Source: Klebsormidium nitens (Eukaryota > Plantae > Klebsormidiophyceae). Taken from it: DNA of 64,000 nt. The stretch's first letter is position 1. Each line of letters starts with the position of its first letter. The position numbers and the translations under genes are program-made. Positions 1 to 10,765 of the stretch are shown piece after piece. The stretch spans positions 1 through 64,000 of the forward strand of contig DF237197.1 of NCBI GenBank assembly GCA_000708835.1, given 5' to 3'. A model generated the notes under the pieces. The model searched no databases. It saw only the letters and a program-made list of their open reading frames with translations, and was not told the DNA's origin.

Positions 1-1453
1 GGGGGCGCGGCTGCCGGCCGCGGACGGTTTTGCGGATGCGCAATGATTCAAGTTACGACCGAGGTCAAGGACTCAATGATGGAACGAAAAAGTCAAACGC
101 CTTTCGACACACTGAACAGGCGTGGCCCATTGCCCGGGGATTTTGTCGCCGGTGCTCCTAGGGCTTTCAACTGCCTGCGTAAGAATGACCGGTTAGTCCT
201 CCTGAGCCCTACCTATTCCCCCACGAGAAGCATTCAAAGCAGCACAGCTAGGGGGATCCTCCGAGTGCTGCAGACAGGAAGGAGCTCATGAACTACGTCG
301 ATCGTGACTGCGTGGGGCATCCATGCTTTGGTGAAGCTGTTGAAGTTTGAGGATACCTTCACAGACGAATGAGATTCTGCAATGCTGCATTCTGGGGACT
401 TCCAATGTGTTCAACATAGAAAGTTTTTCTAAGCACATTCCTTCCATTCTTAGCTGTAGCTTGCGCCTTGTGAGTTTTAGCAACATTGAGTACGAACATT
501 AATCACCTGCCATATGCGAGGGCAGTGAACGGGAGGCGGCAACGGTAACAAAACAAAGCTGAAAACTAGGATCCAGCAGCAATCAGCAGCTCTTCCCCGC
601 GCTTGTGGGACTGAAACCAGCCTTGAAGGTGAGTTGGGAGTGACAATGACACTGCTCAGTTGTTGCTTTGCAAGATGGAGCCTTGCCGCTCCTATCTGCT
701 TGCTGATGTCAGCTTTGCGGCCGCATCTTCAGCACGGTTGACAGCATTGCATGCTTCCAAACCGGCAGTCACAGGCTCCTATGCAAAGATGGAAAGGAGA
801 GGGGGGCTCTGCTTATCACTTGGCTGCCTTTGACTTGGGAGCTAGCCAGTACTCTGTTTGGCAGATGCAAGCCGCCAATGCCGCCACATTCAGCATCTCC
901 TATTTAGCACAAGCTTAGCATTGCACTTCTGAAAGAGGGTTGCTTGGGTTTCAGCTGGGGGAAGTGCTTAGGGGGAGCGCTGAGATCATGGGCGGTCCTG
1001 CATATAAAGCCCTGCTTTTTTTATTCAAGGCTGGCACGCAAGCCCGTTGGGGCAGCATGCCTTCTCCTTTGATTGAGTTCTGTTCTCCATCGGGCCAAAC
1101 TTGCAATCACTCCGGCCCAGGGCTGTGACTGCTGGCAAACCTCCTTACTGGTGTACTCAGCAGAAACTCTTCCGAGTCACATCAGATGAGGTGTTTTTTA
1201 AGTACGGGCATTTCACTCATATAGTATGTCACCCCTCAGTCCAAAGTGATGTCATTCCATAGGTTGCAGCTTTTTCTTCAGGAGGCATAATCGCAGTGAT
1301 ACATGGCGCACAAAAATGTCATCAAAAATGCATGAGCTGTCCCTCAATGCAGTTTAAGGAGTGCGCGCTGAGCCTTTTCACTGAGCAATTCCCTTTCGTC
1401 CTCGCAGGCTTGTGACCCTTGTGCAACCACTCTGAAGTATTTATTACTGTATA

Positions 1454-4400
1454 ATGGCATCCAAACTCACCAGCGCCCTCCGCCTCTGCTTCTTCTTCCT
1501 CGCCCTCTGGATACTGCCCTCCGATGCCTTCCAACCCCGCACGCTATCCCAGCTTCCCCCTGTTGGTGGAGTTGTTAGCGCCCTCCCGCTGCTTTTGAAC
1601 ACCTCCCTCCCCATAAACAACGTCACCGCACTACTGGCAAGCTTTCCAGCAAATCTGACTGGGAACTTGACGGGGCTACTGCTGCCGAATGCTACCGAGT
1701 TGGCAAAGATTCAGCAGTATGTGCTGAACGTCACGCGTCCGACGGTTGCGTCGTTTATCGATGGGACGAACACAACGATAGACTGCGTGCCGATCCAGGT
1801 GAGAAGTGTCTCTATTTTGTTGCTGACTGCATTCTTATCTATGGCCTAAAGCTTTGGCGGTCGTTCACAAACCCCATAGTTTTGAAGGTCTTGGATTCTC
1901 CTGGGTTAGACTGAAGGGTGTCGTGTCGGACTTCGGCTTTCCTATGGTTCAGGGGGAGTGCTCTCAAGCATAGCTGCCAATTTAATGATTAGTTACACAC
2001 AACCTCTTTGATCAACCAAGGCTGTTGCCCTTCTGTGCCGTTGCGTCTGCCTGAAAGAAATCTTGTAGGCAGATACTTCATGGAATTTTACCCCGCAAGA
2101 GCTTTTCAGAAGGTTCTTGAGGCGTTCGTTTGTTTAAGGAGTTCCTTTACAGTTCCCCTACTAGAGTAGAGTGATGGAAGCAAGCACTGACCAATGGGCA
2201 AAAACCTGCTGCTCGATTTGTAAAGCACATCTCTGGCGTGTACCTACCAAAGTCTGAGTATGCATGCATGTGTCCATCTCGTAGGAACGAAAAGTCGATC
2301 TCAGCACCTTCCCACTGTCAACGTCATGGTACTCCCTTCAAAGACAACTTTTTTCAAGCATTTGTGAGAAAGAGGGTCTAGGTCCGGCCTTTTCAAGGCT
2401 ATCTCTGTCCCTTGCACGTTTCAAACGTCTGCTCATACTGTCGGGAATGCTGGAATGGCCCCTGCATCGTTGAAGTAGTAATGTCACTTACAGAAATATT
2501 AACCCAAAGCCTTCTTTGGTGCAGGCGCAACTCTCGCTCATCAACGCGACCCTGACCAACCAAACCCTTCCGCTGACGCCTCCAGTCGGACCGCGCCTCA
2601 ACACCACCACTGTGACGTCAGCAGTCCCGGTGTTAAACGGCACCATCCCCAGGATCATAACTCCGGCCGCGAATGCCACGGCGCTGCTTAACAGGACGGG
2701 CTTAAATGCCACGTGTCCAAATGGGAGCGTCCCGGTGCCCCGCCTGACGGTCGCGGACATTGCGCGCTTTGGGTCTCTCCAGGCGTTTCTCAACTCGGCG
2801 CTGAACAAGGGGCCCCCGCCGAACGTGACGGGTGAGCAAAAAGAGTGTCGCTCTAGTTCTCTGCAGAATTGTACGGAGGGTGCAAAGGTCCCCAAAGGGT
2901 GTGAGCACTTTGCACAGCATTCCTTCAGCTGTCTGACGGAGCAACTGCAACCTCGGTGTAGGGAGAATCCGGCGATGCGCCTACATAACTGTCATCTTTT
3001 CCGGATCGTTGGATCTTCTCAGTTTGTGAGTTCGTCGAGTTGCGTGGCTACTCCAATAATTCAGGGTTCGACGAGTCATAATCGAATTTCATCCAGTGTT
3101 GAATACGGAGAGCCTAAACACCTTTGGAGTCTGTTCCCAGGATCGTTGACTTTTCAAAAAGCCTCTTGTGGCACTCATCTCGACATGTCGCGTCTTTGTT
3201 ACTCTCTTTATCATGAAACGCTTAAACTCTGAATCCCTTTCAGACGCAGCCATAGCGGCCACCAACTGGCCACGAGGTTGTTGTGCTCGCCCGAATCATT
3301 CCTTCTCTGATGCTCATACACTTATAATCTAAAAACCTCAGCCCAAGGACGCAACCACCAGTCTCGACCGTTCCCAGCTGGTCGCTCTCTGAATCTTTGA
3401 ACACTCTGGCACACAGGAGAAGTCAAAATCAGCTAGATTCGTGTTAGCGCAAACCCTAGCGCCGTTTCCTCTCCCGAGCGCAGCTCCGATTGCCGCCAGC
3501 ACTTGCCACGAGTTTTCCACAACTACCCCAGACCGGGTTCTAGTCATAATAGATAATTACCTGAAGAATCTAGGATGCCGAGAGCGAATCTAGTGGGAAC
3601 TTGAAGAGCGTAAACTCCTCATGTCTCGTTACTTCCCATGCTGCAGCTCCGTTTGCCGCCAGCGACGGCCATGAGTCTTCCACCACTAACCCCGACCGAT
3701 CCTAGTCATGATCGATCAGTCTCTGGAATATCCAAGATGCCGAGAGCGAAGTTAGTGTAAGATTCTGAACAGCATAAGATCCGTCAAATCTCGATACTCT
3801 TCTGCCGCAGCTCCGTCTTCCCCCCGCCACGGCCACAAAATACTCCACCAGTACCCCCGACCGGTCCTAGTCATGATAAATCACTATCTGACAAAGCCCA
3901 AGATGCCGAGAGCGGATCCTGTGAGATTTAGAAGAGCGTAAAGTTCCTCACATCCCGCTACTTTCCGTGCTGCAGCTCCATCTGCCGCCAGCGACGGCCA
4001 CAAAGTACTCTTCCAGTAGCCCCGACCAAACCTAGTCATAATACTAGATGAGTATCTGAAAGGTCCAAGATGCCGAGAGCGAAACTAGTGATGTTCCGAA
4101 GAGCTTTAGAAGTAAAATCTCGATACTTTTCTGCTGCAGCTCCGTCTTCCACCAGCCACGGCCACAAAGTACTCCACCACTAGGCCCGACCGGTCCTAGT
4201 CACATTAGTAGATCACTATCTGAAAAGCTAGTTTGCCGAGAGCGAATGAAATGCGAGATTCCATAGAGCGTGAATCCCTAAAACTCTCGATACTTCCTTT
4301 GCTGCAGCCCCGTCTTCCGCCAGAGACGGCCACGACTACGCCACCACCAGCCCCGACCGGTCCTAATCACGTTAGAGATCAGTATCTGAAAAGTCCAAGA

Positions 4401-6925
4401 TGCCGAGAGCGAGTTTAACGTAATAGTTCGAAGAGCTTTCATTTGAAAATCTCGTTACTTCCTTGCTGCAGCCCCGTCGTCCGCAAGCAACGGCCACGAG
4501 TTCGCCACCACCAGCCCCGACCGGTCCCAGTCATATTAGTAGATCAGTATCATAAGAGTCCAATACGCCGAGAGCGTATTCAGTAAGATTTTCAGGTGGA
4601 ATTCCTCATTTGTCGTTTTTTTCCTTGCTGCAGCCCCGTCTTCCGCCAGCGATGGACACGAATACGCGACCACCAGCCCCGACCGGACTTAGTCTTGATA
4701 GAAAATTGTCTGACAAATCCAAAATTAGTGTGGATATTTGAAGAGCGCAAATTCGTCACATCTCGTTGCTTTCCTTGCTGCAGCCCCGTCTTCCGCCAGC
4801 GACGGTCACGAATACGCGACCACCAGCCCCGACCGCTCCTCCAGCGACACCCCGCCCGCATTCTACGGCATGCAAACGAGCATGAGCGTCTGGGCGCCAT
4901 TTGTGGACCAGCCCGTCGGGAGCCGCGAGTTCAGCCTTTCCCAGGTGTGGGTCACGGGTGGCACGGGAATCGCTTTGCAGACGATCGAGGCCGGGTGGCA
5001 GGTAGGTAGATCCTGTTTGTCTTTTGAAATTCTGGTCTGTGGCTTGAAATGTTGTTAAACCTCTTGGACTTTGATTCTGCCGTGTTTTGAGTCCTGGATT
5101 GTTGTGATATTGGTTTGTGGTTTTCTGGTCTGGGCAGCTTGGAAAAGCTAGGTTCTAGCTCGAGTGCGTTCTAGGGTGCGGAGACTGGACCTCAAACCAC
5201 CGAATCGGATGCTCGGGGCGGCAGATAAGCGGAAGCCCGCCTTTACGCGGGATAAGATGACCGTAGTGAAAGTCCGTGTTAAGGTCCTTCCCTTTCATCT
5301 CTTTGGGCCTGTGTGTTGCGAGCAGTGGGTCGAGTCAATGAGGTGTGATTCCGTTCTTTTTCCGTTCCGCTTTGAGAGAGAAGAACGGACCTGCGGATGG
5401 ACGAGACAACCTGGGCTGGCCCTGCGTTTCTGTAGGTCCCTTCAAGCGATTGCTTGAGCCGTTCGGAATCTTTCATTTGACATCGAAGAACTTAAAATAA
5501 GGTCGTCGTGTTGATGTGCGTTTTGCGAAGGCCTGGGGATGACGCGCGATCGACTCTGCTCAATTGACGACTTCGTGAACCTGCACGCGTCTCCGAATTC
5601 TACTGACAAATGCAAAAATCTGGTCCAATTCCTGAACCTGGGACCCAGTCCCAAAATCTAAGGAGCCTTGAAACCTCGAAACGATTCCTAACGCTGAGGT
5701 CTTTGTCCCAGGTTGACACGGTTGCTTACGGCGACGCGAAGCCCCACCTGTTCATCTTCTCCACCCGCAAGGGTTACACTGACCCGGTTTGTTACGCCGG
5801 GCGCAAGGACTGCCCCCAAGGCGCCGCGACTTTCGTGCAAGTCAGCAACAGCGTCTACCCCACGATCACGCTCGACAGCTCCGTTGCCAACGGAGACACG
5901 GTGAGGCGCTTCTTCTGTTGCAGATTCTGTCTATTGGTTCTTCTAGTTCCTCTACCTCTTAAGTCTTTTCATTTGAAAAGGCAACATCTTCCACGCAGGA
6001 CTGGATATCTGGTGGTACGGCCGAGCGCTTCTGCTCCGCCATTCTGGGCCGTTGGGTTTTGAACCCTTTGCCGCCCGCTGGTTTCTTTTTTTCTTCTTTC
6101 TTTTTTCTTTCTTTTGTTTTTTCTTTCTCATTTCCCACAGGAAAGAAGGTGGGCGCACCCCTACCTCTACCGGTCGAGGTTCCTTCAGGTAGCCGTACCG
6201 ACCAGAAATGGTGCCGCCCGCTCGGATCCCCGTTCCTGATCCCCTCGTCAGCTTTGCTCACCTTAGAAACCGTCGATAGGGATCCCCGGCTGTGATCGAA
6301 CGGTCGTCAAAGGGCATCCAAGCAGAGTCATCCAACGCACCCCCGGCACTCACTTGTAACACTTTCGCTTGCTGCTCATGATGATTTGGACTAATGCATG
6401 CAGACTTCGAACTCACTTCTTGACAAATTGATCGCTGAGAATACACAGAAGATAGAAACACGGTGACTGTTTTGTGACTTGCAGGTCCAGTACACGCTCC
6501 TCGTGGTGCGCGATTCCCCGACCGGCAACTGGTGGGTCAAACTGGGCAGCGAATGGGTCGGCTACTACCCGGGGAATCTATACACCAGCCTCGCCCAATC
6601 CGCGGACTCCGTCGCTCTGGGGGGGGAGATCGTGGACTACGCTCGCCTGCCGGGCGCTCCCCCCGGGACGCCGCACACGAAAACGGACATGGGCAGTGGA
6701 GAGTTTGCCGCGGGGCGATCCCCGGCAACCGTTGCGTATCATTACAACATGATGTACGTAGACGAGGATAATAACCTGCAGACGCTCGACGGGATCCAGG
6801 TGGTTAACACTAACCCGGCGGGTTACGACCCGGACTGCTACTCGGGGCAGCTGGTGTCGTCCACTACCGGGTCGGAGATCTTCTTTTTCGGGGGGCCGGG
6901 GTTCAGCGCCGTATGCGCAATTTAG
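1454..6925 (+). CDS. Neprosin-family (G3 glutamic) peptidase zymogen, secreted, 5 exons, ~499 aa
   Basis: Exons 1454-1798, 2525-2831, 4784-5001, 5712-5900 and 6485-6925 join in frame (1500 nt) with GT-AG introns. Has a signal peptide, activation-peptide motifs TIDCVPI and CPNGSVPVPR, and catalytic-domain motifs GHEYA, EFSLSQVW, TIEAGWQV, GNWWV, VGYYP, GGEIV, MGSG and FFGGPG. Both catalytic Glu motifs (IEAGW, GGEI) are present. Confidence 0.93.
3340..4836 (+). repeat. Tandem array of ~164-bp units (3' end of intron 2 plus first ~55 nt of neprosin exon 3): 9 clear copies plus degenerate ones
   Basis: GCAG acceptor followed by exon-start sequence at 3484, 3647, 3811, 3976, 4140, 4308, 4472, 4634 and 4784 (functional). 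Spacings are 163, 164, 165, 164, 168, 164, 162 and 150 bp. Shared motifs include GATGCCGAGAGCG and CCCCGACCGGTCCTAGTCA. Confidence 0.95.
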
Positions 6926-7269
6926 GTTCCTCGTCTCTTCTGCACTTTGGCGGCCCCAAAGTGATCTCGGAATGGCCGCATCTGAAGGAGAACGGCCAGA
7001 GTCTGCACCCCTCCAAGTAACGGTTCCTGATTAGGAGTCCTTACAATCCACTTCAATCAGAGTTTTTGGTTGAGTATACTCTAAAGTGTTGAGGTTTCAA
7101 CCCAAGAAAGCAGCAAACGCTGTCAGGCTTCGAAGAGGTCGGCTGCGTCAAAGCTTAATTAGACTAGTCGCGTGGACTGATCATGCACACAACAGTTTGC
7201 AGATTGACAAACAGTATTTATTGTAAGCTGGAACAACTGACTCCAATCGTTGTCCGACCGATCCGTCCT

Positions 7270-7331
7270 GGTGTGTCTGTTGTAAGCTGGGACTCCAATC
7301 GATTGGAGTCCCAGCTTACAACAGACACACC
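7270..7331. repeat. Perfect 62-bp palindrome (31-bp arms, no spacer)
   Basis: GGTGTGTCTGTTGTAAGCTGGGACTCCAATC (7270-7300) is immediately followed by its exact reverse complement (7301-7331). A partial direct copy of the arm lies at 7221-7250. Confidence 0.95.
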
Positions 7332-9984
7332 TACACGATCCTTTACAATCACCTCTGAGGTTTCAAGTGGGCCCTTCGGAGTTAGGACGGTCTCGTGCTA
7401 GCCGAAGTTTCGAGCTTCAGAACTAGTTCCGGAACTGTCACGACTGCTAGCTAGCAAGCTTCAGATGTGAGCCACAGATATTTCTGGCCTTTGTCTGATT
7501 CGCTCATGTCATGGCGGCCAGCAATACACTATCGTGCACAAGTACAGTACGATTCGTGAGCCTTTATTTACAAAGCAGTTGCTTAACGCACCGCTGCATG
7601 CTATAATGGGCCATGAGTCAACGACTACATCATCGATCTGCACCAATCGTATGATTTGATCCTATTGCACCGAACGTTGAGTCGATTATTGTCGGATGTC
7701 GCTTTTCGCACGCCGAGTACAAGTGATCCAGAGTCTTAGTGCTGAGTCACGCAAGTACCACAAGGAACACGAGTCTTCTGAGGTCAAGACACTAACATCA
7801 CAAGCAATTAAGTTCGCTGCTTGATAATGAATCGTTACTGCGACGCTTCTTGCGGTCGTCAGCCTCGATCGAAACTTAACCGGCTCGCCGCAAGAAAAGT
7901 TTCTCGTAGCCTTTGTACCCGAGGCGATCAGTGGCAACGAGATTTGGTGTTCCTGAGTTTACGAGTTTCACATTGCGTACGGTACGGACGTGGCGACGCT
8001 TCTTCCGGCAGACCTTTGCCCGTCCGGATTGCCGACACAGCGCGGCCCGGCGCCGTCAGAGAAGTTTACGTCTGCCCAAATTGCTTCTGTAACCGACTGG
8101 TCATTGCCAACACGAGACGAAGAGTCCTGGTGCTTTGTACGCCGTAGCCACATGCAAATCATTCATCTAGGCTTATCAACAAGTGCACGAATATAAAGGT
8201 CGATATCTGGAGGCTTTCAATGGATACAACGCCAGCTCCTCCGTGAGTCGGTGACTTGACATGAGCTGCCGGCCGGGGCCGCCGGGGGGCCGCCACGCCG
8301 CGCCGAGAGTCTTCCGTTCGGCCCCAATTCGGAATCAGGCCCGCTTCAGCGTCGGAGTCACCGTCATGCTTGCCCAGATTTAATTGTAGGTGTGCAGCCA
8401 AAGCGGATTTGGGTTGTACGGTTTCAATCGTATTGATGGAAGGGAGACTTTCTCCCCCGGCTTTCTCGGCGCGCTTGGGAGCAGCGGATGTCCCTCCAAA
8501 AGGGCGGCTCTACACAGGCTTTACAACCATTTTTCATGACGTGACAGCATAAAATGAGTGTTAAGTACGTCGAGCTGCGGGCCGGGAAAGTTCCTTCCGT
8601 TTACCTGGTGCAGACTTTCTCGGGTCCCGTCTCCCGCTTGGATGCATGGTTCGACGTGCTGGAGGCTCCCGCCGAGAGTCCCCCTTGAGTTTTTGTTTCC
8701 GGTCCATTGAAGTTTACCAACCTACCAATTTTCAATTAAGCCGCAGGGGAGACGATCGACTTGTTCGAGGATATAGGGACCTGTTTGAAGCTCGATCACA
8801 TAGTCACATTCTTACAACGAAGAAAACTGAAACGACAACCCAATCAGACGACAGGCGACTCTTCATTTGTGCAGATACTACGTCAGGTAGCAAGACGGCG
8901 GCGACCTTGCACAGATACTTCCGTATTGTGCAATTAATGGCGCGCTTCTTGTCGAAGAGAATGCTACTGGCGAGCCTGCTGATCGGAGCAGCCTTCTTAG
9001 CGGCCGGAGTAAGGCCTCCAGGACCTGCAGTTTATCCTCTGGCCGTCTTTGTGTATTTAATTGAATGATGTTGAGATCAACTGTTCTAATGCCTCCGAAA
9101 AGGATAACAATGGCGCCGACGGCACTCTGCAATCTACTGCCTTCAAGTTTCAGCCTTGGAGCATTCTGAATCAGATATAGGTTAGTTAGGTTGCTCTGGC
9201 ATCCTTGACGTGACTCGGTGCTTAACGATCTTGCGCCCGTCCCTTGTCGGAACGAAGTAAAGGTTTTCACAAACGATACCCCTCTGAGGAAGAGGAGAGG
9301 AGCGAAACGCGAGCTTTTAAAAAGTGACACTTTCTTGAGCTACTAGATGGTATTCAGGTCCATCTTTAGTTGATCTGGAATACGCGCTAAACGACGAGTC
9401 TCCCCAGATTCTTGGTAAGCTCCATGAGATTTGCCCGGCCTCATTTCAGGCAACCTCATCATCATATCTATTAGCTTTCTAACCGTCGAAAACAACCCAT
9501 GACGATTTTTCTTTTTCTAGGTCAAAAGCTTCGCTTTCCTCGCGCGAATATGAGCAGACTTTTGGAAGAATTTGATTTGATCTAAGACTGCCCTTCCGGC
9601 ATATTTCAGGCTGGTTACGTCGTCAACCCGGACGAAGCCATCGCCGAGATGACGTCACAGCTTGAATCAGCTGGTGACGTCATCATAAGCTACCTCAGCT
9701 CTACGAACATCTTCACAGACTCGAGCGGCACTAGTACGATGGTTTTAATCACATGCTCCACGTATGAATCCGGGAAAGTTTCCTGCTCAAAGAACGGGTT
9801 CCAACCCTTTGCGCATCTCCCTGGACGTGAGTTACAGACTTTAAGAAGATTGGTAGTGGAAACGTCACCTCCGTTTGCAGTTAAAAAGGGACTCTGGTTG
9901 TGATCAAATCAATTGCTGCAGTGCGATTGGCGGTTGAAGTCGGAGGAATACAGGTGTTTGCAGTTGGTGAAGGTATGATAACAA

Positions 9985-10765
9985 CACAGGGGGGGATTGG
10001 TCAGTAACCTGGGTCCGTAACCTAGGCCGCCCAGGTTGTGGCCCAGGTTACGGACCCAAGTTGTCAACAACCGGGGCAGCACCTGGGTTGTTGTGATGCA
10101 AAACTAGTTGCGCCAAGGTTATGCGCAACCGAAGCGCCCAGGTTGTGGATAACCAGGGCAACACCTAGGTTATACATCAACTTTGACGTGAGTTGCGTCA
10201 CAACCTAGGGTGGTTGTGCTCAACCAGGCCATTCGTATGTTTATGTATTTAGCTTGAAACCTATTCACAGATCAAAAGTCGCATTAGTAGAGTGGTAACG
10301 TGCTTGATTCTCGCAGGTAGGCCTGAGGGCAGGGGTTCGAGCCCAGTTTACATCAATGGCCCAGCCCTTTTTGTGCCTAAAACAGCCCTGAAACTTACTA
10401 AAATAGGCACTTTTTTCGTTCGATTTCCTCCGCTGCAATTTGGAAACCAATGATTCTGCCCCTCAACAATGCTTCAGGAAGTCTTCGGCTACACGTATTG
10501 TCGGTTTCCAGATCATCAACCTTCTTCGAAACGGCAAAAAGGCATCGCAAAGTTTCATATTTCTACTTCCTTCTATGTGGGTTATCATTAACCTTGGTGA
10601 TAGTTGTCCGGAACCCGGGTCAGGGTGGGTTGCGAACAACCTGCCCCGGTTATTCTGACACTCAACCTGGGTCCGGGTTTACCCAGGTTGTTGCCCAGGT
10701 TATGCCATAACCTAGGCAACAACCTGGGTACAACCTGCCAAGGTTGTTGACCATTCCCCCCTGTG
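9985..10765. mobile_element. Non-autonomous DNA transposon (CMC/CACTA-like), 781 bp
   Basis: Imperfect TIRs CACAGGGGGGGATTGGTCA.. (9985) and ..TGACCATTCCCCCCTGTG (10765). 3-bp TSD CAA at 9982-9984 and 10766-10768. Dense sub-terminal AACCTGGGT/ACCCAGGTT repeats in both orientations at each end. No transposase ORF. Confidence 0.8.
10278..10382 (+). other. Degenerate tRNA-like Pol III cassette (A box, B box, T-run) inside the transposon
   Basis: A-box-like TAGTAGAGTGG (10285-10295), B-box-like GGTTCGAGCCC (10334-10344) and TTTTT (10378-10382). Acceptor and anticodon stems do not pair, so this is not a functional tRNA. Confidence 0.45.

Noticed and set aside
43-1300. Short ORFs at the window start
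   Set aside because: No recognisable domain or consistent splice structure.
3340-4836. CRISPR array or Dscam-like mutually exclusive exon cluster
   Set aside because: The whole unit is repeated with no unique spacers and no cas genes are present. Decoys lack frame-preserving donors (CG|GTCC would give 52 nt) and contain stops, and the terminal exon already includes the same sequence.
10278-10355. Functional tRNA gene
   Set aside because: Acceptor, anticodon and T stems do not base-pair; only the promoter boxes remain.
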